A DNA stretch of 64,000 nt, taken from positions 298,019 through 362,018 of IMG/VR virus record IMGVR_UViG_3300042502_001233, one strand, 5' to 3'. Of this stretch, positions 19,931-29,494 are shown piece after piece. Numbering within the stretch: the stretch's first letter is position 1; every line of letters starts with the position of its first letter. The position numbers and the translations under genes were made by a program. The notes beneath the pieces are model-generated. The model was given only the letters and a program-made list of their open reading frames with translations. It was not told where the DNA came from and made no database searches.

Positions 19931-21099
19931 TTATATAAATTATGTATTAAACTTATCGGTAAATTAAATCTCTTCATGAGTCTATGCGGGTGTTCAAATT
20001 TGCATAATTCTTTAAAATTAGAGTAATTACATGATTTGAGATATTCTTCATATTCAGTATAAGTTTTAAACGATTTATTTTTAGGTAAATCATTTATCAA
20101 CCCTAATTCATCGTTTTGAAAAAGTTTATATTTTTTAATTTTCTTAAATAAATCTGGGTATTTTTTTATTTCTGTCATTTTTTTACCCACAACAAGTAAT
20201 TTTTCATCTGGTGTTAACAAATTAGGGAAAACTATTTTAGGTAAATAATTTAAAATATCTTCTTTGGTTATACTTAAACCAGTTATTAAATTCACTTTTT
20301 CTATTTGTAAAATCAGTTGGTTTTTAATGTTTTTTTCATAATCTCTATAGTTATCAGTAAATTCATGTACAGTAAACAACTCGACACCAACTTTAGAACA
20401 TAATTCTTTTTTATTCTTATCATCAACTGAATTATGAAAATATCTTCCATCGTATTCCCAACCTATTTTCCATTTATCAAAATAACAATCTATTTCAAGT
20501 GGTTTAATTACAGTTCTATTTTCATAATCACATTTTTCTTTTAAAATAAACTCTAAAATATCTTTTAATATTAATTGTGGTATACTAAAACCACCGCTAA
20601 TCATATGACCACAAATTGAGTCTAACCAACCCATTTTAACAGCTTTTGAGTAAGCACCTTTATCTTTAAGATAAAACTCGTGTCTAGTTACGTATTTTTT
20701 AGCAATAGCTTCAACCAATTCGTATTTCAAATCACGTCCATTTATTTTGGAAATTTTAGCTGTGACAAAATCTTTTTCAGTTTTAGTTCTATACAAATTT
20801 AATTCTTTTAGTTTCTTACCAACAATTTTTTTTGTCTTATTGAATAAAACAGATAGTTCGTTATTGGTGTTAATTTTATATAGTTCGATTAATCTTTTAA
20901 CTTCATCGTCAGACCAATAATTTTTTGAATTATTTTTTTTACGCATTTCGCTTATATATGAAATACTTTTTTTAAACCCTAAACTATTAGCTTTTCTAAT
21001 TAAAGCACCTTTTTTAACTTGTAATTTTTCTGAAATAATAACATTATCAGTTTCTGGGTATAAGCTAACCAACATTTCTAACTTTTCTTTTGTCCACAT
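19927..21099 (-). CDS. putative homing endonuclease (HTH repeats plus Vsr/PD-(D/E)XK-like domain)
   Basis: WT..E...L repeats; LEIDCY...WEYDGRYFH; own TATTTAT motif. Confidence 0.7.
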   Translation of the reverse strand: MWTKEKLEMLVSLYPETDNVIISEKLQVKKGALIRKANSLGFKKSISYISEMRKKNNSKNYWSDDEVKRLIELYKINTNNELSVLFNKTKKIVGKKLKELNLYRTKTEKDFVTAKISKINGRDLKYELVEAIAKKYVTRHEFYLKDKGAYSKAVKMGWLDSICGHMISGGFSIPQLILKDILEFILKEKCDYENRTVIKPLEIDCYFDKWKIGWEYDGRYFHNSVDDKNKKELCSKVGVELFTVHEFTDNYRDYEKNIKNQLILQIEKVNLITGLSITKEDILNYLPKIVFPNLLTPDEKLLVVGKKMTEIKKYPDLFKKIKKYKLFQNDELGLINDLPKNKSFKTYTEYEEYLKSCNYSNFKELCKFEHPHRLMKRFNLPISLIHNLYK

Positions 21100-21138
21100 A
21101 ATTTTCTTTTATTATAAATATAACAAAATTGCCAAAAG

Positions 21139-21240
21139 TTAAAAAATATTTTCGATACTTCCAGCCAAGAATACATTTAGGTAGTCTTGGTCTATTGTAA
21201 CTTCATTAGGCGCTTGTACTTCAATTGCTTTTTGTTGCAT
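21139..21240 (-). pseudogene. truncated nucleoside 2-deoxyribosyltransferase-like gene (MQQKAIEVQAP...VFLAGSIE*)
   Basis: 33-codon fragment ending just after the FLAG motif at the endonuclease cassette boundary; compare IFLAGP in 41726-42742. Confidence 0.55.
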
Positions 21241-21249
21241 AAAAACTTT

Positions 21250-21459
21250 TTAATTCAAACTAATATTGTAGTCATCAAAACCTTCGATATCTATATCATC
21301 ATCATCATCTTTGTCATCATCAATGACGTTTGTAATAATAATTGTTTCAATTACATCTTGTAATTCATCCAATACTGACACTTCAATTGCGCCAGTTTCA
21401 TTATCGTATTCTATTTTTACGATATACTCGCCCAAATCAACGGTTTTTTTGATTAACAT
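21250..21459 (-). CDS. acidic hypothetical protein
   Basis: MLIKKTVDLG...DDDKDDDDDID; start chosen after the upstream stop. Confidence 0.6.
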   Translation of the reverse strand: MLIKKTVDLGEYIVKIEYDNETGAIEVSVLDELQDVIETIIITNVIDDDKDDDDDIDIEGFDDYNISLN

Positions 21460-21461
21460 TT

Positions 21462-21701
21462 TTAATAGTTCATTGTGTTCGGTGTTATTTTTCCAGAAAT
21501 AATATCTGGTATTACCTTTTCTTGGTAATCGTTCAACAATTTTTCCCTTGTTACACTCCAACCTTCTGGCGGTAAACCATAATCTTCAAAGTATGTATAA
21601 CGTATCATCCCACAGATGTTTGGACCAGCGTCTTTGGCGGTTCCATCATCCATAATAACTTCGAACTTTCCCTCGTTAATGTGTTTAATTTCGTTATACA
21701 T
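21462..21701 (-). CDS. hypothetical protein
   Basis: 79-aa ORF. Confidence 0.6.
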   Translation of the reverse strand: MYNEIKHINEGKFEVIMDDGTAKDAGPNICGMIRYTYFEDYGLPPEGWSVTREKLLNDYQEKVIPDIISGKITPNTMNY

Positions 21702-21800
21702 ACTTATATTAGACTATTTTTCTTTTTTAACTACCTGACAACTCACCAGTTGATTCATTTGACGATAAATACCCAACTTTAAAATCTGGCATATCGTAAG

Positions 21801-23015
21801 CTATTGGTTCCTAACAATACTTTTTGACTGTAACTTAACCTCAGCAGTGTCTTCACATTCATCATCACCATATTCATCTCGATTAATCTGTTTGATGATG
21901 TTTTTAGCGAAATCAGACATTTCTTTAGAGCTTTTCTTCATACCACCAGTACCAAAACCTACTCCGAAATCATCGTCATAAGCATAAGTATAGTTGATAG
22001 TGTCAGCGTCTTCAACTTTAATTAAAATTGGCTCGTCAAAACCTAATTTTTTACCTTTGTCACCTTCAAAAGGTTCAACCTCAATAGTTGAGAAATTGAT
22101 AACTCTTGAAACATGACCAATAGTTTGATTATCAATTTCAAAACGATAACCAACACGACTTTCGTTGTACATTGGTTTTGGATAAACTTTTACGTTACTT
22201 GCCAATTCCACAAGTCTACCGTCTTCGTCTCTCATTTTAATGTTGAACTTACCTTTGATTTTCTTAACGTTGAAAATTGCTTCGAACTCACTTGGTGCTT
22301 CTTGGTGAATGTTAACCTCCGCTAAGATTGCTTTTACGATGTCAACTGTAATTGTTTCCAAGTTACAGATGAAGTCAATACAAGCTTGTTTGAACTCTGG
22401 GTATTCTAACACGTCGTCGATGATTTCTTCAACCACTGCTGGTTTAAGGTCTTCAAATTTCTTCATGTAACGAATCCTACCAGGTCTCTGGATAAGGTTT
22501 TGGTCAACATACAAGTTGTTCGTAGTAAACAAGAACACTCTTCTAAACGTTGAATTTGACGCTCCATCCATGATTGTCAACATCTCTGATGACTCACCAA
22601 ATACTTTCTCATACTCATCAATAAATATCGTGATATTTTGCGGAATTGAGTTTAAAAATTGATGAATTCCATCTAATCTTTGTTCAACCAAAATAATCGG
22701 CTGATTTAGGCTGTTAGCCATGATTTTTGAACTAACAGTTTTTCCAGTTCCTTTCAAACCATTCAACAATACACCCAAATTTCCATGTGGTGTTGCGTTG
22801 TATGTTTTGATTACTCTGTTTACAAGTGATGTCTCAAGACCGTATAACTTGTAATCAAACGTAAACTTGTCGCTATTTTTAGATAGATACAAACGACCAA
22901 ATGGGTCTACACCTACTTTATAAATTGCGTTTTCGAGTTTTTCAAACTCTTCTGACGGGTACCCTAAGTATAACTTATTACCCTCGGCATTCCAGACTTT
23001 TTTCACTTCTGCCAT
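21801..23015 (-). CDS. AAA+ ATPase
   Basis: GLKGTGKT, IFIDEYEK, TTN, RPGR. Confidence 0.92.
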   Translation of the reverse strand: MAEVKKVWNAEGNKLYLGYPSEEFEKLENAIYKVGVDPFGRLYLSKNSDKFTFDYKLYGLETSLVNRVIKTYNATPHGNLGVLLNGLKGTGKTVSSKIMANSLNQPIILVEQRLDGIHQFLNSIPQNITIFIDEYEKVFGESSEMLTIMDGASNSTFRRVFLFTTNNLYVDQNLIQRPGRIRYMKKFEDLKPAVVEEIIDDVLEYPEFKQACIDFICNLETITVDIVKAILAEVNIHQEAPSEFEAIFNVKKIKGKFNIKMRDEDGRLVELASNVKVYPKPMYNESRVGYRFEIDNQTIGHVSRVINFSTIEVEPFEGDKGKKLGFDEPILIKVEDADTINYTYAYDDDFGVGFGTGGMKKSSKEMSDFAKNIIKQINRDEYGDDECEDTAEVKLQSKSIVRNQ

Positions 23016-23024
23016 ATATTAATT

Positions 23025-23249
23025 TTAAATTGTTACGAAATCAACGGTCATACAGCCGCCTAAATTAAAGAAATTACAAGGTTCCAAACCATAGTCCATT
23101 AGTATATTTTTGACTATGGTTTTCATTTCGGTTGAATTACCCGTTATAATTTCTGCTTGTGGGATTTCAAGTTTTATACAATCCCAAATGAACGAATCTA
23201 ATACGTCCTGAACTTCTTTGTGTCTAACACCATGTAAATCTAATCTCAT
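23025..23249 (-). CDS. Smr-domain protein
   Basis: LDLHG...IITG. Confidence 0.75.
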   Translation of the reverse strand: MRLDLHGVRHKEVQDVLDSFIWDCIKLEIPQAEIITGNSTEMKTIVKNILMDYGLEPCNFFNLGGCMTVDFVTI

Positions 23250-23701
23250 CCTTCAATAATCTCTTTAATCTTATCAATACACGCAACTTGTGTATCATGT
23301 AAAACCTTAGAAGCTTCATCAAGACTAACCCATTTGTAACCATCCATTTCTGGAAAACCACCACGGTCCTCTGGAACGTTTGAGTTACACTTAAATTCAA
23401 CACTATCCCAATCAAATGAAGACTTCTTATTCTCTAAATATAAGAAAGGGTATAAGATTTTCTTCTTGTGTTTGTAGTTAACAGCTTTCAACGGATATAT
23501 TGTGAAGTCTGTTGTGTTGGACAAATCCAAATTGGTTTCCTCGTAGGTTTCACGTATTGCAGCTTCTAAGAAAATTTCATCATCTTCTACTTTACCCTTT
23601 GGGATGCTGTAAAAGTTTGCTGGATGATTTGTCGGGTGACAAATCAAAACTTTCTTGTCCTTTCTGACAATAAATAAACCTGATGCAATTGTTTTAGCCA
23701 T
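23246..23701 (-). CDS. Nudix hydrolase
   Basis: PKGKVEDDE...AAIRETYEET Nudix box; FPEMD. Confidence 0.92.
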   Translation of the reverse strand: MAKTIASGLFIVRKDKKVLICHPTNHPANFYSIPKGKVEDDEIFLEAAIRETYEETNLDLSNTTDFTIYPLKAVNYKHKKKILYPFLYLENKKSSFDWDSVEFKCNSNVPEDRGGFPEMDGYKWVSLDEASKVLHDTQVACIDKIKEIIEG

Positions 23702-23703
23702 AA

Positions 23704-24057
23704 TTACAATAGTTTTGTTCCGATACTCATGTAGTCTAACCCAACTTCCATTTGACCTTGTAAATTGGTACCAACTACTATCATAGCTTCACTGGTAATA
23801 CCCATCATCTTTGACGGTTTAAGGTTTACAATAAACGGCATTGTTAAACCAATCAATGATTCTGGAACTATGGTTGCACCGATATTCGTAACCACAGTTA
23901 GCAGTTGCTCTGACTCAAAATCAAATTTAACTGATAACTTCAAAAGTTTATCACTTTTAGGTACACGCTCAGCGGCTAATACTTGACCTATACGAATATC
24001 TAATTTTTTCTCTATTTCTAAGAATTCTGTAAATTCTATTTGTTCTTTAGTTACCAT
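23704..24057 (-). CDS. tRNA-binding OB-fold protein (CsaA/Trbp111/MetRS C-terminal-like)
   Basis: LDIRIGQV...SDKLLKL...VNLKP..MMGITSEAM. Confidence 0.85.
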   Translation of the reverse strand: MVTKEQIEFTEFLEIEKKLDIRIGQVLAAERVPKSDKLLKLSVKFDFESEQLLTVVTNIGATIVPESLIGLTMPFIVNLKPSKMMGITSEAMIVVGTNLQGQMEVGLDYMSIGTKLL

Positions 24058-24222
24058 TGAAACTATAATTAACATTTATAATTTGTATTTGTTTATCATT
24101 TTCTCTTATAGCTTCTTGTATCGCTAGAGAATCATCTCGTTCAGCTAGTTTTTTTAAAACCGCATTTGATTTTTCTAGAGAGTTTAACAACCCTTCTAAA
24201 ACGTGTAAAGGTACTTTGTACA

Positions 24223-24633
24223 TTATATTAAATTATTTACGTTTAACATCATTTCTAAATGAAACCAATCAACAAATGGTCTTGGTGATAGTTCTTTATC
24301 AATTTTTAAAGGAACACCTATCGCTATATCATCAATCATAAGTTGACCATAAGCTTTTGGGCTATCTGTCCATTCATGTTGTGTTGGGTTTGTATTTACC
24401 CCATACAACGGAATATCATTTTCAGCGAACCAATCAATCGCTTCTTGAAGACAATCTCTTGTTTTACCATCTGGATGAATGTAAGGTCTGTGACTACGCA
24501 TTGTAAACAATATAAGTTTATGTCCTTTTTGAACCAATTTCTTTAATACAAAAACTGAACCTATATCTTTTCCAACAAACGGAAAATCATGCGTCACACA
24601 CGTGCCATCAAAATCTACTAATATTTCTTTCAT
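24223..24633 (-). CDS. HAD-superfamily hydrolase
   Basis: VDFDGT, LFTMR, SPKAY, IDD. Confidence 0.8.
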   Translation of the reverse strand: MKEILVDFDGTCVTHDFPFVGKDIGSVFVLKKLVQKGHKLILFTMRSHRPYIHPDGKTRDCLQEAIDWFAENDIPLYGVNTNPTQHEWTDSPKAYGQLMIDDIAIGVPLKIDKELSPRPFVDWFHLEMMLNVNNLI

Positions 24634-24742
24634 AATACAAAGATACTACTATTATTTTAATTTTGCAAGTTATTTTAAAAATTATTCCTATATGGATGAA
24701 ATATAAATACAAACAAATATAAAACATTTGTATGACATCCCT

Positions 24743-26705
24743 TTTGTGATTCCTTAAAAGATTGAATATAAGATAATAAGCAAAAGCAGTTCTGTCTGAC
24801 TAAGCAGTTTTGATTCCTAAATAGAATTAATATATGTAAATTGTACAGGATGCTGGAGTAACCACCTTGTATCTTGCGATTCCCATAAGTTTATGTATAT
24901 GTAAAATAAAACAAGAATAACAATAACGCATCAACTGTTTCGATTCCCTTACTGAATAAGTATAAGTATAAGTATGATAGTAACCGTACTAGGAAATGTG
25001 GCTTTGTGATTCTAATATATAATTGGTATAGGTTTTTTTTTATAACACGCTTGCATAGGTGCAACAAGGTTTGTGATTCCATTACAGAATAAGTTTAAAT
25101 ATAATTTATTACAATACTGAGCAGTATTCTTGATAGTTGTGATTCCTTTACAGATTAGGTATTAGTGTTATTGTTTACAACAGTGCGCAACAAAATATTG
25201 TTGTTTTGATTCTTGTACAGAATATGTGTAAGTACATCCATCGAACCATATAAACGCCTCATCAATATTGTGATTCCCTACAGAATTATTAAAAGTATTA
25301 TTAAGTCACCTTGCAAAGCCGCAGCCCGAATTGTGATTCCTTATGGGTTAATTATAAGTACAATAAGTAAAGCAATTGGATTAGCAATGACTGTTTTTCG
25401 ATTCCTCACAGATTAATTATATATACGATGTTGTCAATTTGATACAATAAGTACAAGATTGTGATTCACTACAGAATAAATATAAGTACGTTAGGTATTC
25501 TTAACACTAATGGTTGCTCAATCTTGTGATTCCCTACAGAATGGGTATAAGAACAATATGTTTTTCAACTGTAGCCTTGGCAACACCGTTGTGATTCCAT
25601 ACAGAATGAATATAAGTACAGTACACCTACTTCCATAAACATTATATTACGTTGTGATTCCCTTACAGGATAAGTATAAATGTAAAAAGGGTGTTTTGGA
25701 TTGATATAACGTTATGATTCCTTTTTGGATTAAGTATAAATATATTTTATAATGGGTTTAGCCTAAATCACCAAGAATTTTGATTCCCACACAGAATGGA
25801 TATAAGTATAATATCACCAGAAGGTACCTTGGTATTAGACAATTGTGATTCCATTACAGAATGAGTATAAGTACAGTAGATTATGATTTTGAATTTAGCG
25901 GTTGTGATTCCCATACAGAATGGGTATAAGTACAGTTTTAATGATTTTCATCGCTTTGTTTAGCGTGTTGTGATTCCCGTACAGAATGGGTATAAGTACA
26001 GTGGTGTAATCATTCTTCTGTAGTTTCTGTATGTTGTGATTCCCCTACAGAATGGGTGTAAGTACAATAATCCATATTTTTACTGCACTGGCAGAACAGT
26101 TTTGATTCCCTACAGAATTTCAATGAACGTAATTCCCTTACGGATGTTAGTTAAGTTCGTCAAGTCTACTACTTTTGATTCTTATACAGAATGAGTATAA
26201 GTACAGCTCCCACCGTCACGAATATACTTGTCACTACCGTTTTGATTCCCTAAAGATTATGTATAGGTACAATCAAAACCTTCAAAATGAATGCAACCTA
26301 GCGTTGTGATTCCAGAGTAACGGGCCGAATGCTAATTGCATTGTGATTCCGTTATAGAATAGGTATAAGTACAGTTAATATAAAAAAACAAGGCAAATTG
26401 TCAAGGTTGTGATTCCCCTACAGAATGGGTACAAGTACTGTACTGGGAGCTACCCAGTTGGAACCTGATACGTTGTGATTCACCTACAGAATGGGTATAA
26501 GTACAATAGGATTCGGAGATACCCTTTTTACTTTATTGTTGTGATTCCCCTACAGAATGGGTATAAGTACAATATTAACACCAGGTTTTGTTAAATGTTT
26601 CACGTTGTGATTCCCCTACAGAATGGGTATAAGTACAATGCACTTTTACTAGTTGGGTGTATACATATAGTTGTGATTCCCCTACAGAATGGGTATAAGT
26701 ACAAT
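24743..26705 (-). CRISPR. CRISPR array, about 31 repeats; plus-strand consensus GTTGTGATTCCCCTACAGAATGGGTATAAGTACAAT (36 bp); spacers mostly 29-31 bp; leader at the cas6 end
   Basis: Exact copies at 26670, 26604, 26538; near-exact at 26472, 26406, 26033, 25967, 25901; 66-bp period; progressively degenerate to 24743 (possible remnant near 24680); partial repeats at 26303 and 26099. Strand inferred from cas genes and decay polarity. Confidence 0.97.
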
Positions 26706-26803
26706 AGACCCTTTGTAAAGACTTGTAAACAAAGGGTTTTTTGCACTTTTCATAATAAAAAATGGTTTAAAATTACCATATAATCCATAAATAACCCCAT
26801 TTT
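26706..26803 (-). promoter_or_regulatory. CRISPR leader with repeat-adjacent inverted repeat ACCCTTTGT...ACAAAGGGT
   Basis: AT-rich 98 bp between cas6 stop and the best-conserved repeat. Confidence 0.65.
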
Positions 26804-27502
26804 TTAATTGTAAATCTTATGATTCTCTGTTTTATATATTGTACCAAACCCACTTCCAGTTGACTGACCGATACCTATTGTGTATAACAATTTAGCAACT
26901 TTCTTACTGCAATTGATATTCAACTGACAATGATTGGCTTTGTTGGCAACATTCTTAACCATTATTGTTTTAACTTTGTTAAATGGTCTATTTTCAACAA
27001 CAACATCAAAATCTTTCAAATCCAAAGTAGAATCAATCTTGCTTAATTTATTAACTAAATAGGTTTTCAATTTTGAATTGAATTCGACATCATTTAACGT
27101 TAAATACTGATAGGTTTTCATATCCGTATATTCTTTAACTATAAACGGTGACAACGTAATAAAATAGTTCCAACCATTATGGAACGTTTCTTCGACGTAA
27201 TCCACCCCAGAAAAACGCATACCAAAAAAAAGTTCTGGATTGGTTAACACACCCATTAACAATTTTTGAATAAATTCATTATCATTAGATGTTACCGTAA
27301 AATAAGCTCCTTTTTCAAAATTAAGCGTTTTATCTTCTAAGTTTATTCTACCACCTTGCAAAATAGAAATAGAGTAATCTGATTTGGTATCGTGATATTT
27401 GTTATCTTTCCCTAAACACTTATGAACGTAACCATTTAATAATGATTGGTTGTTCACTGGGACTGGCGTTGTATTCTTGCTAAAATTAAATTTTACTCTC
27501 AT
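26804..27502 (-). CDS. cas6: CRISPR endoribonuclease Cas6
   Basis: C-terminal G-loop GIGQSTGSGFG; TLSP motif; adjacent to array. Confidence 0.92.
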   Translation of the reverse strand: MRVKFNFSKNTTPVPVNNQSLLNGYVHKCLGKDNKYHDTKSDYSISILQGGRINLEDKTLNFEKGAYFTVTSNDNEFIQKLLMGVLTNPELFFGMRFSGVDYVEETFHNGWNYFITLSPFIVKEYTDMKTYQYLTLNDVEFNSKLKTYLVNKLSKIDSTLDLKDFDVVVENRPFNKVKTIMVKNVANKANHCQLNINCSKKVAKLLYTIGIGQSTGSGFGTIYKTENHKIYN

Positions 27503-27504
27503 AA

Positions 27505-28335
27505 TTATTGTTTTTCTAAACTTATTTCACCAACCAAAACATGGTTGTCATTAATTTCAATTTGGTTTGCTGTTAAGACTTTATTAATAAAAACTAAACC
27601 ACCATCTAACAGCTTTGCAAACCCTTTATTTTTTTTTATTTTTTCAATATCATCTTCTGATACTGGGACATATATCTCACCGTTCAAACGATGAATATTA
27701 TCAAGACCTTTAAAAACTGTTAAAACCGTTCTATTGTTTTTATTAATATTAGTTAATTCTGAATCAACACCATATATAGAGTCATACAGCGGTTTTTTAG
27801 CTTTTTTGTTTAACTCAATAAATATGTTTTTAATTCTTTCATCTTTTGAATTTAACACCATTTTTTTAAACTCATTGAATGAGATTGATAAACAATCGAT
27901 GTTAAATATTTTATTCATGTTTGCAATGAACTCATTGAACAAGTCAATTTCCAATAGTCTTGATACACGCTCCCAATTAACATAAGCAACTGGATTCCAA
28001 CCATTATGAACAGCTTTTTTTAATTGTATCTTTTCACCAATGAGTTTTCCGTTTTTATCTTTTAAACTGGTAATGTTCAAATAAGATTCTTTGGCTTTTT
28101 TTACTAGGTATTGATTTTGTTCATAAAAAACAGTGCGATTCATTGGTACTGGTCTTTCACCAAATAAAACATGGAGCATATTTGAAATTTGTTGAGCCGT
28201 TATTGGCTCAACAAACTCAGGGATATCTGTTCTTTTAATACGTTCACCATCATTAAAACTGATGTCTTTTGTTTTTCTATTTTTTCTAAACAAACCCGCA
28301 TTTCTGAACTCTAGAATTAGATATTTATTCAACAT
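27505..28335 (-). CDS. cas5: Cas5, I-F2 (Cas5fv)-like with central helical insert
   Basis: N-terminal strand YLILEF, helix ITAQQISNMLHVLFGER, C-terminal LNGEIYV...LDGGLVFI; located between cas7 and cas6. Confidence 0.7.
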   Translation of the reverse strand: MLNKYLILEFRNAGLFRKNRKTKDISFNDGERIKRTDIPEFVEPITAQQISNMLHVLFGERPVPMNRTVFYEQNQYLVKKAKESYLNITSLKDKNGKLIGEKIQLKKAVHNGWNPVAYVNWERVSRLLEIDLFNEFIANMNKIFNIDCLSISFNEFKKMVLNSKDERIKNIFIELNKKAKKPLYDSIYGVDSELTNINKNNRTVLTVFKGLDNIHRLNGEIYVPVSEDDIEKIKKNKGFAKLLDGGLVFINKVLTANQIEINDNHVLVGEISLEKQ

Positions 28336-29401
28336 CTTCTTCTACTTTTTTAATTTTTTTAGATTTAGAAACCTCGGCTTTTTTAGCTTTTTTAGCTAAT
28401 TTAACGGCCTCATAATTGTCAATTAATGATTGACGAGTTTTTTCAGATTCTTCTTTATCTTCAAGTTGGTAATACGTTTCAGCTTCAAAATTAATTGCTT
28501 CCACGTCTGATAATGTTTTGATTGAAACCCAATTATCCTCTGAATACATTGTGTCTTCAATAGGGTCCATAACCAATTTATATTCCAAAACACCCATATT
28601 GGCAAAAGCATTCTTTTTGTGAATGTCTAAAGTTAGTAACTTTTTAAACAAATCTTTAACAATAAACAAAACATTTTCGTTTGTCAACGTAAATCCATAT
28701 TCTGGAATTTTAACGTCTGAACCAATTTGTTGGTAATACCCTAATTCTGAATTAAAATTAGGTAATTTAGAACTCATCAATTGTTTGTAGAATGGGAATA
28801 AATCTGAATTAAACGCATAACGGTCAAATATTTGGTCACATGACACAAATTGTAACTGCATTAAATCAATCACACCGCTGGTTTGATAAGTAATATCACC
28901 AATAACTTCTTTTTTGTAGAAAGAGTTATCCGAACCTTCTTTATCAACATCTGTGTTTTTGGCACCACTTCTACTAAATGTCTCTAATGTAGATACTGAA
29001 TCATTGATTTGAACTGCATCAGTTATTGATAACGCACCAGAACGTTTTAACGTCTCATCTTTGGCGAATAAATACCCTCTAAGCAAAGATGTTGGTGATG
29101 CGATAAAAGAATACAACAACGCTTCGTTATGGATTAAATTAGGTGATTGTGTTTGCGATTCTTTGATGAAAATGTTATGACGCAAACAATCTGAACTAAT
29201 TACAATTTTATAGTTAGCATCATTTCCAGCACCAAAAAATCTTTTTTTAGCATAAGACACGTTGTCATGTCTTGTTTTCATGTGGTTAAAATTTTCGGTA
29301 GGTAAATTATTGAACACCCATTTTTGTTCGCTGCTGTCATAATTTACGATACCATTACCGTTTAGTTTCATTCTAAAAAGAATGTTTTTTACTTTACTCA
29401 T
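28325..29401 (-). CDS. cas7: Cas7 backbone subunit, I-F2 (Cas7fv)-like
   Basis: GNGIVNYD, ISSDCLRHNIF, ASPTSLLRGY, LKRSGAL, SFYKKEVIGDITY, QLQFVSCDQIFDR. Confidence 0.85.
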   Translation of the reverse strand: MSKVKNILFRMKLNGNGIVNYDSSEQKWVFNNLPTENFNHMKTRHDNVSYAKKRFFGAGNDANYKIVISSDCLRHNIFIKESQTQSPNLIHNEALLYSFIASPTSLLRGYLFAKDETLKRSGALSITDAVQINDSVSTLETFSRSGAKNTDVDKEGSDNSFYKKEVIGDITYQTSGVIDLMQLQFVSCDQIFDRYAFNSDLFPFYKQLMSSKLPNFNSELGYYQQIGSDVKIPEYGFTLTNENVLFIVKDLFKKLLTLDIHKKNAFANMGVLEYKLVMDPIEDTMYSEDNWVSIKTLSDVEAINFEAETYYQLEDKEESEKTRQSLIDNYEAVKLAKKAKKAEVSKSKKIKKVEEDVE

Positions 29402-29436
29402 TTTTTTTTATTTTAAATAATTGTTATTTTATGATA

Positions 29437-29474
29437 CAAGTATACTTAATTAATTTTAATTTGTCAAGTATACT
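29437..29474 (-). promoter_or_regulatory. host-type promoter for cas7-cas5-cas6 with two AGTATACT palindromes
   Basis: TATACTTG (-7-like, 29437-29444) and TTGACA upstream; CAAGTATACT occurs at 29437 and 29465. Confidence 0.55.
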
Positions 29475-29494
29475 ATGAAATATTTTTTCAAATT

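Noticed and set aside
24743-26705. Self-targeting spacers
   Set aside because: No match was noticed by eye within the window; an alignment is needed to exclude it.
24891-26783. ORFs at 24891, 25213 and 26595
   Set aside because: They are translations of CRISPR repeats and spacers.
24640-27000. tracrRNA, cas9 or cas13 to explain the class 2-like repeat
   Set aside because: No anti-repeat or large effector ORF was seen in the window; one elsewhere in the genome cannot be excluded.
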